The notes under the pieces were generated by a model. It ran no database searches. It was not told where the DNA came from and saw only the letters and a list, made by a program, of their open reading frames with translations. From Escherichia phage vB_EcoM_VR25, in the sequence record NC_028925.1: DNA of 64,000 nucleotides; one strand, 5' to 3'. This document shows positions 28,499-41,027 of this stretch, in pieces; positions within the stretch are counted from its first letter, which is position 1; the number at the start of each line of letters is the position of its first letter. A program made the position numbers and the translations under genes.

Positions 28499-29283
28499 TG
28501 ACTACATACGACGCAAGATTATTCGCCCGGCTCGAAGACGGGACCGGGTATGACAATACCAATGCTACAGAGATATTGAACCCTTATGTAAACTTTATGC
28601 ATCATGAAAATACCCAGACTTTAGCCGATGCTATTGTTGCTGAAAGTATTCAGATGCGCGGGATGTCTCTCTATTACATCCCAAGACAATTCGTTAAACC
28701 AGATTTGTTATTCGGTGAAGACCTCCAGAGTAAATTTGATAAAGCATGGAAATTTGCTGGTTATCTGGATACGTTCGATGCTTATCAGGGTGATGGTTCC
28801 ATCTTCAGTAAATTTGGTATGACTGTGAATGATGAAATCACAGTGTCGATTAACCCTAATCTGTTTAAACATCAATGCAACGGCACCGAACCTATTGCAG
28901 GGGATTTGATTTATTTCCCTCTTGATAACAGTCTGTTCGAAATAACCTGGGTGCAACCTTATGACCCGTTCTATCAGGTAGGTCAAAACGCCATCCGTAA
29001 AATCACCGCGAGCAAATACATTTACTCCGGAGAAGAGCTTAAACCTGAATTGCAACGAAATGAAGGTATTAATATTCCAGAATTCAGTGAGCTCGATTTG
29101 CAACCAATCCACAATATCGATGGCCTTACAGATATCAGTGATATCCCTTATGCTGAATCCGATGAGATTAACGCAGAAGCAGCTGAATATGTTAAACCAT
29201 ATTTTGTGCAGAATGGCCGTGGACTTGAGTCACCGCCTAAGGCAAAACAGGATAGCTTTGACGATAGTTTCTTTGATGAATAA
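28498..29283 (+). CDS. 14: gp14 neck protein
   Basis: ORF track 261 aa; conserved order. Confidence 0.82.
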   Translation: MTTYDARLFARLEDGTGYDNTNATEILNPYVNFMHHENTQTLADAIVAESIQMRGMSLYYIPRQFVKPDLLFGEDLQSKFDKAWKFAGYLDTFDAYQGDGSIFSKFGMTVNDEITVSINPNLFKHQCNGTEPIAGDLIYFPLDNSLFEITWVQPYDPFYQVGQNAIRKITASKYIYSGEELKPELQRNEGINIPEFSELDLQPIHNIDGLTDISDIPYAESDEINAEAAEYVKPYFVQNGRGLESPPKAKQDSFDDSFFDE

Positions 29284-29326
29284 ATACATTTATTAATGCG
29301 CCCGAACTGGGCGCCTGGAGGTTACT

Positions 29327-30198
29327 TTGTTTGGGCATTTTTATAATTCGTCTCTGCGTCGCTATATCGTTTTAATGGGCGATTTATTTTCCCATGTACA
29401 AGTGGCCAGAACCAGAGAAGACACTGGACTTAAATATATTAAGGTCCCTATTTCCTATGCATCAAAAGAAAAATTCATGATGCAGCTTGGAAAATGGACC
29501 GCAATTCAGAATACACCGACTCCTGACATGTCACCACAAGAACGTGCTGCTCAGAAGGCTAAAATCGAGACCGTACTGCCCCGTATGAACTTACATCTTG
29601 TTGACTTGATGTATAACGGGCAATATAAAACGGCTCTCCAGAATCACACACAGGCGCGATTTGCTAATAACGACCCTCGCAAGCAGATATCTCAATATTC
29701 TCCGGTGCCGGTCAAAATGATTTTTGAGCTTGGAATATATACAAGGCATCAAGATGATATGTTCCAGATTATCGAACAAATCATGCCTTACTTCCAGCCA
29801 CATTTTAATACAACTATCACCGAACTTTACACGAATGAAATTACATTCGAACGTGATATACGAATCGTGCTTCAGTCCATTGCTATGGATGAGCAAATTG
29901 AAGGTGATGCAATGACTCGTCGTAGACTCGAATGGTCCATTATGTTCGAAGTCAACGGTTGGTTATATCCACCGGTTAAAGAAGTGGCCGGAGAAATCCG
30001 TACTATCTATCTTGACTTCTTTGCAAATTCCAGAGAGCTTGCGCCGGAAGGTAATTTCGAATCTGTTGACTCGGAAGCCGTTCCGCGAGATGTCGACCAA
30101 GAAGACTGGCAAGGTGAATCCGTTCAAACATACTCGCAGGATATTCCTGTACCGGTTGACCCAGCGCCTCCAGCACCAAGAAAAAATAGGGTACCATT

Positions 30199-30202
<4 letters not shown>
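29327..30202 (+). CDS. 15: gp15 tail sheath terminator/completion protein
   Basis: ORF track 291 aa with TTG start after GGAG; N-terminus [13 protein letters not shown]... matches T4 gp15. Confidence 0.8.
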
Positions 30203-32509
<2,307 letters not shown>

Positions 32510-32538
32510 AAGTAAAGCAAACTATTAGAGGACTCAAA

Positions 32539-34518
32539 ATGGCTTTATTATCCCCGGGCATTGAGCTCAAAGAAACAACGGTCCAAAGCACTGTTGTTCG
32601 TAACGCGACGGGTCGTGCGGCGCTGGTTGGTAAATTCCAGTGGGGCCCAGCTTTCCAGGTAACTCAGATTACAAACGAAGTGGAACTTGTTGATTTGTTT
32701 GGTGGCCCGAACAATATCACAGCTGACTACTTTATGAGTGGAATGAACTTCCTTCAATATGGTAATGACCTGCGCACAGTTCGTGTAGTTAACCGCGACC
32801 ACGCTAAAAACGCATCCCCGGTAGCAGGGAACATCGAAAGTACAATCGCTACTGCAGGTTCTAACTATGCAGTCGGTGACGTTATCCAGGTTAAACACAA
32901 CCAGACTGTTGTTGAAACTTCTGGCCGTATTACCAAGGTTGACGTTGACGGGAAAATCCTCGCGGTCTTCATTCCGTCTGACAAAATTATTGCCTTTGCA
33001 AAATCTGTAAACCAGTATCCGGACCTTGGTCCAGCATGGACTGCTGAAATCCTGACCACTTCTTCAGGTGTGTCTGGTACGATTACCCTTGGGAAAATTG
33101 TCACCGATTCTGGTATCCTGTTGACCGAAGCAGAAAATAGCGAAGAAGCTATTACCTCTTTGGAATTCCAGGCTTCCCTGCAGAAATATGCAATGCCAGG
33201 TGTTGTTGCTCTTTATCCTGGTGAAATCGGTTCGACTCTCGAAGTTGAAATCGTTTCCAAAGCTGCATATGATGTTGGCGCTTCGAAGATGCTTGACATT
33301 TATCCGAATGGTGGTTCCCGTGCTTCTGTTGCTCGTGCGGTGTTTAACTATGGTCCGCAGACTGACGACCAGTATGCAATCATCGTTCGTCGTGATGGCG
33401 CTATCGTTGAAAACGTTGTTCTGTCAACCAAAGAAGGCGATAAAGACGTTTACGGCAACAACATTTATCTGGACGACTACTTTGCAAAAGGTACTTCCAA
33501 TTACATCTATGCAACTTCTCTGAACTGGCCAAAAGGCTTTGCAGGCATCATCAATCTGATGGGTGGTATTTCTGCAAACGACCAGGTTACTGCTGGTGAT
33601 TTGATGCAAGGTTGGGACCTGTTTGCTGACCGTGAAGCACTGCATATTAACCTGCTTATCGCTGGTGCAGTAGCTGGTGAAGGTGATGCAACCGCTTCAA
33701 CTGTTCAGAAGCACGTGGTTTCTATCGCTGACGAACGTCAGGATTGCCTGGCATTTATCTCTCCACCAAAAGGCCTTCTGGTTAACGTTCCTCTGACCCG
33801 TGCAGTGGATAACCTGATTGACTGGCGTACAGGTGGCGGCTCATTCGATACTGATAACATGAATATCAGCACGACTTATGCAGCGATTGATGGCAACTAT
33901 AAATATCAGTATGATAAATATAACGACGTTAACCGTTGGGTTCCTCTGGCAGCTGATATGGCTGGTCTGTGTGCTCGTACTGATGATGTTTCTCAGCCTT
34001 GGATGTCTCCGGCCGGTTATAACCGTGGTCAGATTCTGAACGTACTGAAATTGGCTATCGAACCTCGTCAGACCCAACGTGACCGCATGTATCAAGAAGC
34101 TATCAACCCGGTTGTTGGTTTCGCAGGTGGTGATGGTTTTGTTCTTTACGGTGATAAGACTGCAACTAAAGTTCCATCTCCGATGGACCATATCAACGTT
34201 CGTCGTCTTACGAATATGCTGAAGAAAAATATCGGTGACGCATCCAAATATAAACTGTTTGAGCTTAACGATAACTTCACTCGTGCATCATTCCGTATGG
34301 AAACTTCTCAATACTTGGATGGTATTCGTGCGCTCGGTGGCATTTATGAAGGTCGTGTGGTTTGTGATACTACCAACAACACCCCGTCGGTCATAGACCG
34401 AAATGAGTTTGTTGCTAGCATTTATTTTAAACCTGCGCGCAGCATCAACTACATCACACTTAATTTCGTAGCCACAAGCACTGGTGCTGATTTTGATGAG
34501 CTGATTGGGCCGCAATAA
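32539..34518 (+). CDS. 18: gp18 contractile tail sheath
   Basis: ORF track 659 aa (T4 659). Confidence 0.92.
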   Translation: MALLSPGIELKETTVQSTVVRNATGRAALVGKFQWGPAFQVTQITNEVELVDLFGGPNNITADYFMSGMNFLQYGNDLRTVRVVNRDHAKNASPVAGNIESTIATAGSNYAVGDVIQVKHNQTVVETSGRITKVDVDGKILAVFIPSDKIIAFAKSVNQYPDLGPAWTAEILTTSSGVSGTITLGKIVTDSGILLTEAENSEEAITSLEFQASLQKYAMPGVVALYPGEIGSTLEVEIVSKAAYDVGASKMLDIYPNGGSRASVARAVFNYGPQTDDQYAIIVRRDGAIVENVVLSTKEGDKDVYGNNIYLDDYFAKGTSNYIYATSLNWPKGFAGIINLMGGISANDQVTAGDLMQGWDLFADREALHINLLIAGAVAGEGDATASTVQKHVVSIADERQDCLAFISPPKGLLVNVPLTRAVDNLIDWRTGGGSFDTDNMNISTTYAAIDGNYKYQYDKYNDVNRWVPLAADMAGLCARTDDVSQPWMSPAGYNRGQILNVLKLAIEPRQTQRDRMYQEAINPVVGFAGGDGFVLYGDKTATKVPSPMDHINVRRLTNMLKKNIGDASKYKLFELNDNFTRASFRMETSQYLDGIRALGGIYEGRVVCDTTNNTPSVIDRNEFVASIYFKPARSINYITLNFVATSTGADFDELIGPQ

Positions 34519-34551
34519 TTATCATCGCTTAGAATTTAATTAGTAGTGAAA

Positions 34552-34602
34552 CCGTAGAACCATTATACAGTGTTATAAATAAAAGCATAATCGGTTCTAC
34601 GG
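34552..34602. promoter_or_regulatory. 10-bp perfect inverted repeat (CCGTAGAACC / GGTTCTACGG) with 31-nt loop containing TATAAATA and a minus-oriented MotA-box-like/TATAAT pair
   Basis: read directly in the gene 18-19 intergenic region. Confidence 0.4.
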
Positions 34603-34660
34603 GCTCCTGTAATCAATTCTGGGAAGCCATTATCTTGAGATGATGAATCATATTACCTAG

Positions 34661-34668
34661 TATAAATA
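34661..34668 (+). promoter_or_regulatory. late promoter TATAAATA
   Basis: exact octamer upstream of gene 19. Confidence 0.55.
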
Positions 34669-34720
34669 CATGCATCAGGGACGCGTTCGCGCGACCTGTG
34701 TCTATAAAGAGGATTCCTTA

Positions 34721-35212
34721 ATGGAGTTGACCGATATCACACGCGCTTTCGAATCCGGTGACTTTGCTCGCCCTAACCTGTTCGAAGTCGAAATCCCATT
34801 CCTGGGTAAAAACTTTGCTTTCCATTGTAAAGCAGCCCCGATGCCTGCTGGCATTGTAGAAAAAGTACCAGTTGGTTATATGAACCGTAAAATCAACGTT
34901 GCGGGAGACCGTACATTTGATGACTGGACTATTACGATTTATAACGACGATGCTCATAAAGTTCGTCAAGCAATTGTTGATTGGCAAAATATGTGTCACG
35001 GTATGACTAACGAAATTACCGGTGCAGCTCCTGCTGATTATAAGAAAACCGCTACTGTCCGCCAGTTCCATCGTGATGGCAAGACCATTACTAAAGAAGT
35101 TGTTATCACCGGCATGTGGCCAACTAACGTTGGGGAAGTCCAGATGGATTGGGATTCGAATAATGAGATTGAGACATTCGAAACTACGTTTGCAATTGAC
35201 TGGTGGGAATAA
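34721..35212 (+). CDS. 19: gp19 tail tube protein
   Basis: ORF track 34670..35212 trimmed to ATG at 34721 (AAAGAGGA RBS), giving 163 aa as in T4. Confidence 0.88.
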   Translation: MELTDITRAFESGDFARPNLFEVEIPFLGKNFAFHCKAAPMPAGIVEKVPVGYMNRKINVAGDRTFDDWTITIYNDDAHKVRQAIVDWQNMCHGMTNEITGAAPADYKKTATVRQFHRDGKTITKEVVITGMWPTNVGEVQMDWDSNNEIETFETTFAIDWWE

Positions 35213-35213
35213 G

Positions 35214-35221
35214 TATAAATA
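35214..35221 (+). promoter_or_regulatory. late promoter TATAAATA
   Basis: exact octamer upstream of gene 20. Confidence 0.55.
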
Positions 35222-35269
35222 AAGTTATTATGAGGCTTCGGCCTCATTTCCCAAACTTCGGAGACTCTA

Positions 35270-36844
35270 ATGGCAGGTTTTAATACAATACTAAATTTTC
35301 TTAAGCCTTGGGCTAAAGAAGATGAACAAGAATATAAGCAACAAGAAAAAAATAATTTAGAGTCAATGACCGGGCCGAAGTTTGATGATGGGGCTCGCGA
35401 AATTGAGTCACAAGAACAAAACGTCCCGTATAATGCATTGATGCAACAGATGTTCGGGAGCAACGAACCGGAAGTAAAAAACACCAGGGAATTAATTGAC
35501 ACATACCGCAACCTACTAAATAATTATGAAGTTGATAACGCGGTGCAAGAAATTGTGTCTGATGCTATCGTTTTTGAAGATGGTAAAGATGTCGTAGCTC
35601 TTAACCTTGATGCTACTGAATTTAGTCAGAAAATTAAAGACCGAATTCTCGAAGAATTCTCGGAAGTTAATAACCTCCTTAATTTCGAGCGTAAAGGTTC
35701 TGACCACTTTAAACGTTGGTATGTGGATTCTCGAATTTTCTTCCACAAAATTATCAACCCTTCAAAACTTAAAGAAGGCGTTCAAGAACTTCGTCGCCTT
35801 GACCCAAGACAAATCCAGTTCATCCGTGAAATCGTTACACGCATGGAAAATGGTACGAAAATTGTTGACGGTTACAGAGAATATTTTGTATACGATACTG
35901 GACATGAAAGCTATTGTGCCGATGGTCGTATATATGAAGCGGGTACTAAAATAAAAATTCCTCGTGCGGCAATTGTATATGCACATTCCGGATTACTTGA
36001 TTGTTGCGGTAAGAATATCATCGGATACCTGCAACGAGCAATCAAACCTGCAAACCAATTAAAACTATTAGAAGATGCTTTAGTCATTTATCGTATAACT
36101 CGTGCGCCAGACCGCCGAGTCTTTTATATCGATACTGGGAATATGCCGTCTCGTAAAGCAGCAGCACATATGCAACATATTATGAACACGATGAAAAACC
36201 GTGTCGTATATGATGCAACTACGGGTAAAATCAAAAATCAACAGCATAATATGTCAATGACAGAAGACTATTGGTTGCAACGTCGTGACGGTAAAGCAGT
36301 CACTGAAGTTGATACTCTCCCAGGTGCACAAGGCATGTCGGATATGGACGATGTTCGCTGGTTTAAGAACAACCTATATCAGGCTCTCAGAATTCCATTA
36401 TCTCGTATCCCTAATGACCAGAACAGTGGCGTTATGTTTGATGCGGGGGCGACAATTACTCGCGATGAATTGAATTTCTCTAAATGGATTAGACAACTAC
36501 AGAATAAATTTGAAGAAGTTTTCCTCGACCCGCTTAAAACCAACCTTATCCTGAAAAAAGTTATTTCAGAAGAGGAATGGGACAAGGAACTAAATAATAT
36601 TAAAGTTACGTTCAACCGTGATAGCTATTTCACCGAAATGAAAGATGCAGAAATCATGGAACGCAGAATCAATATGCTAACGATGGCTGAACCGTTTATC
36701 GGTAAATATATTTCGCATCAAACTGCAATGAAGGATTTCCTCCAGATGTCTGATGAAGAAATTAATCAAGAAGCTAAGCAAATTGAATTGGAGTCCAAAG
36801 AGGCTCGTTTCCAAAACCCTGAAGAAGAAGAAGAGGATTTCTAA
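35270..36844 (+). CDS. 20: gp20 portal vertex protein
   Basis: ORF track 524 aa (T4 524). Confidence 0.92.
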   Translation: MAGFNTILNFLKPWAKEDEQEYKQQEKNNLESMTGPKFDDGAREIESQEQNVPYNALMQQMFGSNEPEVKNTRELIDTYRNLLNNYEVDNAVQEIVSDAIVFEDGKDVVALNLDATEFSQKIKDRILEEFSEVNNLLNFERKGSDHFKRWYVDSRIFFHKIINPSKLKEGVQELRRLDPRQIQFIREIVTRMENGTKIVDGYREYFVYDTGHESYCADGRIYEAGTKIKIPRAAIVYAHSGLLDCCGKNIIGYLQRAIKPANQLKLLEDALVIYRITRAPDRRVFYIDTGNMPSRKAAAHMQHIMNTMKNRVVYDATTGKIKNQQHNMSMTEDYWLQRRDGKAVTEVDTLPGAQGMSDMDDVRWFKNNLYQALRIPLSRIPNDQNSGVMFDAGATITRDELNFSKWIRQLQNKFEEVFLDPLKTNLILKKVISEEEWDKELNNIKVTFNRDSYFTEMKDAEIMERRINMLTMAEPFIGKYISHQTAMKDFLQMSDEEINQEAKQIELESKEARFQNPEEEEEDF

Positions 36845-37098
36845 TGGATGATTTATTTGAAGCCATTAAATCAAACGACCTCGTAGCCGTTCGCAAATAT
36901 TTTGCTGAAAACATTGGCCCAGTATGCGGTAGTTTGATTGAAGAACGTAAGATTGAAATTGCACGTTCCATCATGATTGAAGGTGAAGAGCCTAAAGAAG
37001 ATGATGAAAACAAGGACGACAAAGCAGAAAAGAAAGACAAAAAAGAATCTGACGACGCTGACGAAGGCGACGACGATGAAGATGAGGACGATGAATAA
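36844..37098 (+). CDS. 67: gp67 prohead core protein
   Basis: ORF track 84 aa with acidic C-terminal tail; conserved position. Confidence 0.72.
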   Translation: MDDLFEAIKSNDLVAVRKYFAENIGPVCGSLIEERKIEIARSIMIEGEEPKEDDENKDDKAEKKDKKESDDADEGDDDEDEDDE

Positions 37099-37526
37099 TG
37101 TTTATTATCCCTGACGATTACGAATTAACTCTTGAAAACATCGAAAGTGTTTCCGAAGAAGCTCAGGGACAATTTGATTCATTATCTGAAGCCTTAGAAA
37201 AAGACGATATAAATATTATTGTAGAAAACATGTTTGCAGCCGGTGAATATGAAAAAGCAACGGTTATCGGCGCACTGAATGAAGGTGTTCAGCTTAACGA
37301 ATTTATCGTTAAACATGTATCGTCTCGCGGTGAGTTAACCCGCACAAAAGACCGAGCTACTCGTAAGCGTAATGCTTTCCAAACAACTGGTCTTTCTAAA
37401 GCTAAACGTCGTCAAATTGCCCGACTGGCTACTAAAACGAAAAGAGCAAACCCATCTACGCAAATCAGAGCAGAGCGCAAGCGTAAAAAAGCTCGAGCTA
37501 AGCGTAAAGCATTCGGACTTGATTAA
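37098..37526 (+). CDS. 68: gp68 prohead core protein
   Basis: ORF track 142 aa; conserved position. Confidence 0.72.
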   Translation: MFIIPDDYELTLENIESVSEEAQGQFDSLSEALEKDDINIIVENMFAAGEYEKATVIGALNEGVQLNEFIVKHVSSRGELTRTKDRATRKRNAFQTTGLSKAKRRQIARLATKTKRANPSTQIRAERKRKKARAKRKAFGLD

Positions 37527-38164
37527 TGGAACAGAAACCAGAGTTACTAATCGAACACTGGGGTCAACCGGGCGAAATTAAAGATGGTGTACCGATGTTG
37601 GAATCTCATGATGGTTCCAGCAGCGGTTTAAAGCCAGGACTTTATATTGAAGGTATTTTCCTACAAGCTGAAGTTGTTAACCGTAATAAACGACTTTATC
37701 CTAAACGTATTTTGGAAAAAGCCGTTGCGGACTATATCGCCGAACAGGTTGAAACCAAGCAGTCTCTTGGAGAATTAAACCATCCACCTCGTGCAAACGT
37801 TGACCCTATGCAGGCAGCAATTATTATCGAGGAAATGTGGTGGAAAGGGAATGATGTATATGGCCGCGCGCGTATTATCGAAGGCGACCATGGTCCAGGT
37901 GATAAACTTGCTGCGAATATAAGAGCGGGTTGGATTCCTGGTGTATCTAGTCGTGGGCTCGGTTCCCTGACTAAATCAGCAAAAGGTTATAACATCGTCA
38001 ATGAAGGTTTTAAATTGACGGTTGGAGTAGATGCAGTATGGGGGCCAAGTGCTCCGGACGCTTGGGTCAAACCAAAGCAGATTACAGAATCACAAACGGC
38101 GGAAGCCGATACAAGTGCCGACGACGCCTTTATGGCTCTCGCAGAGGCTTTAAAGACGTTATAA
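37526..38164 (+). CDS. 21: gp21 prohead core protease
   Basis: ORF track 212 aa (T4 212). Confidence 0.88.
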   Translation: MEQKPELLIEHWGQPGEIKDGVPMLESHDGSSSGLKPGLYIEGIFLQAEVVNRNKRLYPKRILEKAVADYIAEQVETKQSLGELNHPPRANVDPMQAAIIIEEMWWKGNDVYGRARIIEGDHGPGDKLAANIRAGWIPGVSSRGLGSLTKSAKGYNIVNEGFKLTVGVDAVWGPSAPDAWVKPKQITESQTAEADTSADDAFMALAEALKTL

Positions 38165-38167
38165 ATA
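38160..38167 (+). promoter_or_regulatory. late promoter TATAAATA
   Basis: exact octamer upstream of gene 22. Confidence 0.55.
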
Positions 38168-38196
38168 AATGTATATCTTAACAACAGGACTACAAA

Positions 38197-39015
38197 ATGC
38201 TTAAAGAACAACTCATTTCTGAAGCTCAAAACATCGATGCTTCCGTTGCTCTCGATAGTATTTTCGAATCAGTTAATTTGTCCCCGGAAGCGAAAGCTAC
38301 CTTCGGCACTGTATTCGAAGCTACCGTCAAGCAACACGCCATCAAACTGGCAGAATCTCACATTCACGCCATCGCTGAAAAAGCTGAAGAAGAAGTCGAA
38401 AAGAATAAAGAAGAATCCGACGAAAAAGCAGAGAAAAAACTGAAAGAATCTGCAGCTAAATTCCTGGACCACGTTGCTAAAGAATGGCTTGCTGAAAACA
38501 AACTGGCTGTCGACCGTGGCATTAAAGCTGACCTGTTCGAATCCATGTTTACCGGCATGAAAGAACTGTTCGTTGAGCACAACGTTGTTGTTCCAGAAGA
38601 ATCTGTTGATGTTGTTGCAGAAATGCAGGAAGAACTGGAAGAGCAAAAAGCTGAAACCGCTAGTCTGTTCGAAGAAGTTTCTAAGCGTGATGCTTATATC
38701 AATTATGTCCAGCGCGAAGTTGCGTTGACTGAAGCGACCAAAGACCTGACCGAATCTCAAAAAGAAAAAGTTGGTTCTCTGGTAGAAGGTATGGATTATT
38801 CCGATGCGTTCGGTACCAAAATTGGCGCTATCGTTGAAATGGTTAAAGGTCAGGTAGACACCGCCGAAAAACCTATCACCGAAGCAGCTATAAATAATTC
38901 TGTAGACGATGCTGCGGCACTGAATTACATCTCAGAAGCAGTTGAAGAAAAAGGCGCCAAGCCTACCCTGTCCTTCGCGGACTTGTCTGCTCTCGCAGCA
39001 TCACGAATTTCTTAA
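38197..39015 (+). CDS. 22: gp22 prohead scaffold core protein
   Basis: ORF track 272 aa; E/K-rich helical sequence. Confidence 0.85.
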   Translation: MLKEQLISEAQNIDASVALDSIFESVNLSPEAKATFGTVFEATVKQHAIKLAESHIHAIAEKAEEEVEKNKEESDEKAEKKLKESAAKFLDHVAKEWLAENKLAVDRGIKADLFESMFTGMKELFVEHNVVVPEESVDVVAEMQEELEEQKAETASLFEEVSKRDAYINYVQREVALTEATKDLTESQKEKVGSLVEGMDYSDAFGTKIGAIVEMVKGQVDTAEKPITEAAINNSVDDAAALNYISEAVEEKGAKPTLSFADLSALAASRIS

Positions 39016-39036
39016 TTTAATAAGGTTATACAACAC

Positions 39037-40596
39037 ATGAAAAAGAATGCATTAGTTCAAAAATGGTCCGCTCTGCTGGAAAACGAAGCTCTTCCTGAAA
39101 TCGTTGGTGCTTCTAAACAAGCTATCATCGCTAAAATCTTTGAAAACCAGGAACAAGATATCCTGACCGCTCCTGAATACCGTGACGAAAAAATCTCCGA
39201 AGCATTTGGTTCTTTCCTGACTGAAGCTGAAATCGGTGGTGACCATGGTTATGATGCTACCAATATCGCGGCTGGCCAGACCTCTGGTGCAGTAACTCAG
39301 ATTGGGCCGGCAGTTATGGGTATGGTTCGTCGTGCTATCCCGCATCTGATTGCGTTTGATATTTGTGGCGTGCAGCCTCTGAACAACCCGACTGGCCAGG
39401 TATTTGCCCTGCGTGCAGTTTACGGTAAAGACCCTGTAGCTGCTGGTGCTAAAGAAGCTTTCCACCCGATGTATGCTCCGAACGCTATGTTCTCTGGTCA
39501 GGGCGCTGCTGAAGCTTTCGAAGCTCTGGCTGCAAGCAAAGTTCTTACCGTTGGTAAAATTTATTCTCACTTCTTCGAAGCAACCGGTTCCGCACACTAC
39601 CAGGCTGTTGAAGCTGTAACCGTTGATGCTGGCGCTACTGATGCTGCTAAACTTGACGCTGAAGTTACCAAACTGCTCGAAGCTGGTAAACTGGCAGAAA
39701 TTGCTGAAGGTATGGCTACCTCTATCGCCGAACTGCAGGAAGGTTTCAACGGTTCTCAGGATAACCCGTGGAACGAAATGGGCTTCCGCATCGATAAACA
39801 AGTTATCGAAGCTAAATCCCGTCAGCTGAAAGCAAGCTACTCTATCGAACTGGCACAGGACCTGCGCGCTGTTCACGGTATGGACGCTGATGCTGAATTG
39901 AGTGGTATTCTGGCTACTGAAATTATGCTGGAAATCAACCGCGAAGTTATCGATTGGATTAACTACTCCGCACAGGTTGGTAAATCTGGTATGACCAACA
40001 CCGTTGGCGCTAAAGCTGGTGTGTTTGACTTCCAGGACCCAATTGATATCCGTGGCGCTCGTTGGGCTGGTGAAAGCTTCAAAGCTTTACTGTTCCAGAT
40101 TGATAAAGAAGCCGCTGAAATCGCTCGTCAGACCGGTCGTGGTGCAGGTAACTTCATCATCGCTTCCCGTAACGTAGTTAACGTACTGGCTGCAGTTGAT
40201 ACCTCCGTATCTTATGCTGCTCAGGGTCTGGGTAAAGGTTTCAACGTTGACACCACTAAAGCTGTGTTCGCTGGTGTTCTGGGTGGCAAATACCGTGTCT
40301 ATATCGACCAGTATGCTCGCGCAGATTACTTCACCATCGGTTACAAAGGCGCTAACGAAATGGATGCTGGTATCTACTACGCACCATATGTTGCACTGAC
40401 CCCGCTGCGTGGCTCTGACCCGAAAAACTTCCAGCCGGTTATGGGCTTCAAAACCCGTTACGGTATCGGTATTAACCCGTTCGCTGACCCGGCAGCTCAG
40501 GCTCCGACCAAGCGTATTCAAAACGGCATGCCGGACATTGTTAACAGCCTCGGCTTGAACGGTTACTTTAGACGTGTATATGTAAAAGGTATCTAA
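39037..40596 (+). CDS. 23: gp23 major capsid protein
   Basis: ORF track 519 aa; codon usage typical of a highly expressed gene; conserved position. Confidence 0.95.
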   Translation: MKKNALVQKWSALLENEALPEIVGASKQAIIAKIFENQEQDILTAPEYRDEKISEAFGSFLTEAEIGGDHGYDATNIAAGQTSGAVTQIGPAVMGMVRRAIPHLIAFDICGVQPLNNPTGQVFALRAVYGKDPVAAGAKEAFHPMYAPNAMFSGQGAAEAFEALAASKVLTVGKIYSHFFEATGSAHYQAVEAVTVDAGATDAAKLDAEVTKLLEAGKLAEIAEGMATSIAELQEGFNGSQDNPWNEMGFRIDKQVIEAKSRQLKASYSIELAQDLRAVHGMDADAELSGILATEIMLEINREVIDWINYSAQVGKSGMTNTVGAKAGVFDFQDPIDIRGARWAGESFKALLFQIDKEAAEIARQTGRGAGNFIIASRNVVNVLAAVDTSVSYAAQGLGKGFNVDTTKAVFAGVLGGKYRVYIDQYARADYFTIGYKGANEMDAGIYYAPYVALTPLRGSDPKNFQPVMGFKTRYGIGINPFADPAAQAPTKRIQNGMPDIVNSLGLNGYFRRVYVKGI

Positions 40597-40614
40597 GCCT
40601 TAAAAATTAAAAAA

Positions 40615-40641
40615 GGGACCTTCGGGTCCCTTTCTTGTTTT
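40615..40641. terminator. bidirectional-looking terminator GGGACC-UUCG-GGUCCC flanked by A-run and U-rich tract
   Basis: hairpin read directly between gene 23 (+) and the convergent 97-aa ORF (-). Confidence 0.6.
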
Positions 40642-40934
40642 CATACCATACCATTTAAATGAACTTCTACCCGGCGCTTGATGAGGTCTCTGAAATTAAC
40701 ACTGTTCTCTTGAAGTTTCAACCAGTTACCTGATTTGTCTTTGGTGTGAGTAGAATAATTACCATTCCACCAAAAATCAGTATCATATGCTAAGTTTTCA
40801 TATTTTTTAACTAGTTTGTTCAGAGCATTACCATTAACACCATTTGGGTATTTGTTGACCAATGCAACAACTTCAATTTCCAGATTTTTAAAGGTATTCC
40901 GAAGGAAAGATACTTTGTTCATTTTAGACTCCAT
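40641..40934 (-). CDS. hypothetical protein (early gene embedded in the late module)
   Basis: ORF track 97 aa; own early promoter and conserved leader upstream. Confidence 0.5.
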   Translation of the reverse strand: MESKMNKVSFLRNTFKNLEIEVVALVNKYPNGVNGNALNKLVKKYENLAYDTDFWWNGNYSTHTKDKSGNWLKLQENSVNFRDLIKRRVEVHLNGMV

Positions 40935-40937
40935 TGT

Positions 40938-40988
40938 TTGGTAACTCAGTATGAAATCATTATGTCTTATCTTAATCGGGTTGTAAAC
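40938..40988 (-). promoter_or_regulatory. early promoter (-35 GTTTAC, 17 bp, -10 CATAAT) plus conserved leader
   Basis: minus-strand reading; leader GGTAACTCAGTATG shared with the cassettes at 3.1-4.5 kb. Confidence 0.5.
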
Positions 40989-40994
40989 AACTTT

Positions 40995-41002
40995 TATAAA
41001 TA
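40995..41002 (+). promoter_or_regulatory. late promoter TATAAATA
   Basis: exact octamer upstream of gene 24. Confidence 0.55.
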
Positions 41003-41027
41003 AAGTATATCACAAAAGGAAAGCGCA

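Noticed and set aside
34670-34720. N-terminal extensions proposed by the ORF track (also 11694, 14004, 23693, 49653, 52241, 53311)
   Set aside because: The extended frames lack an RBS, include promoter or terminator sequence, or use non-ATG codons; trimmed starts give lengths matching T4 homologs.
39052-39876. 274-aa minus-strand ORF inside gene 23 (and similar antisense ORFs inside genes 5, 10, 17, 18, 22, 29, alt)
   Set aside because: Fully embedded antisense to strongly supported structural genes, with low-complexity translations and no RBS or promoter context; treated as frame artefacts.
40641-40934. Homing endonuclease (segD-like) after gene 23, as in T4
   Set aside because: The ORF is only 97 aa and shows no GIY-YIG or HNH motif; called a hypothetical early protein instead.
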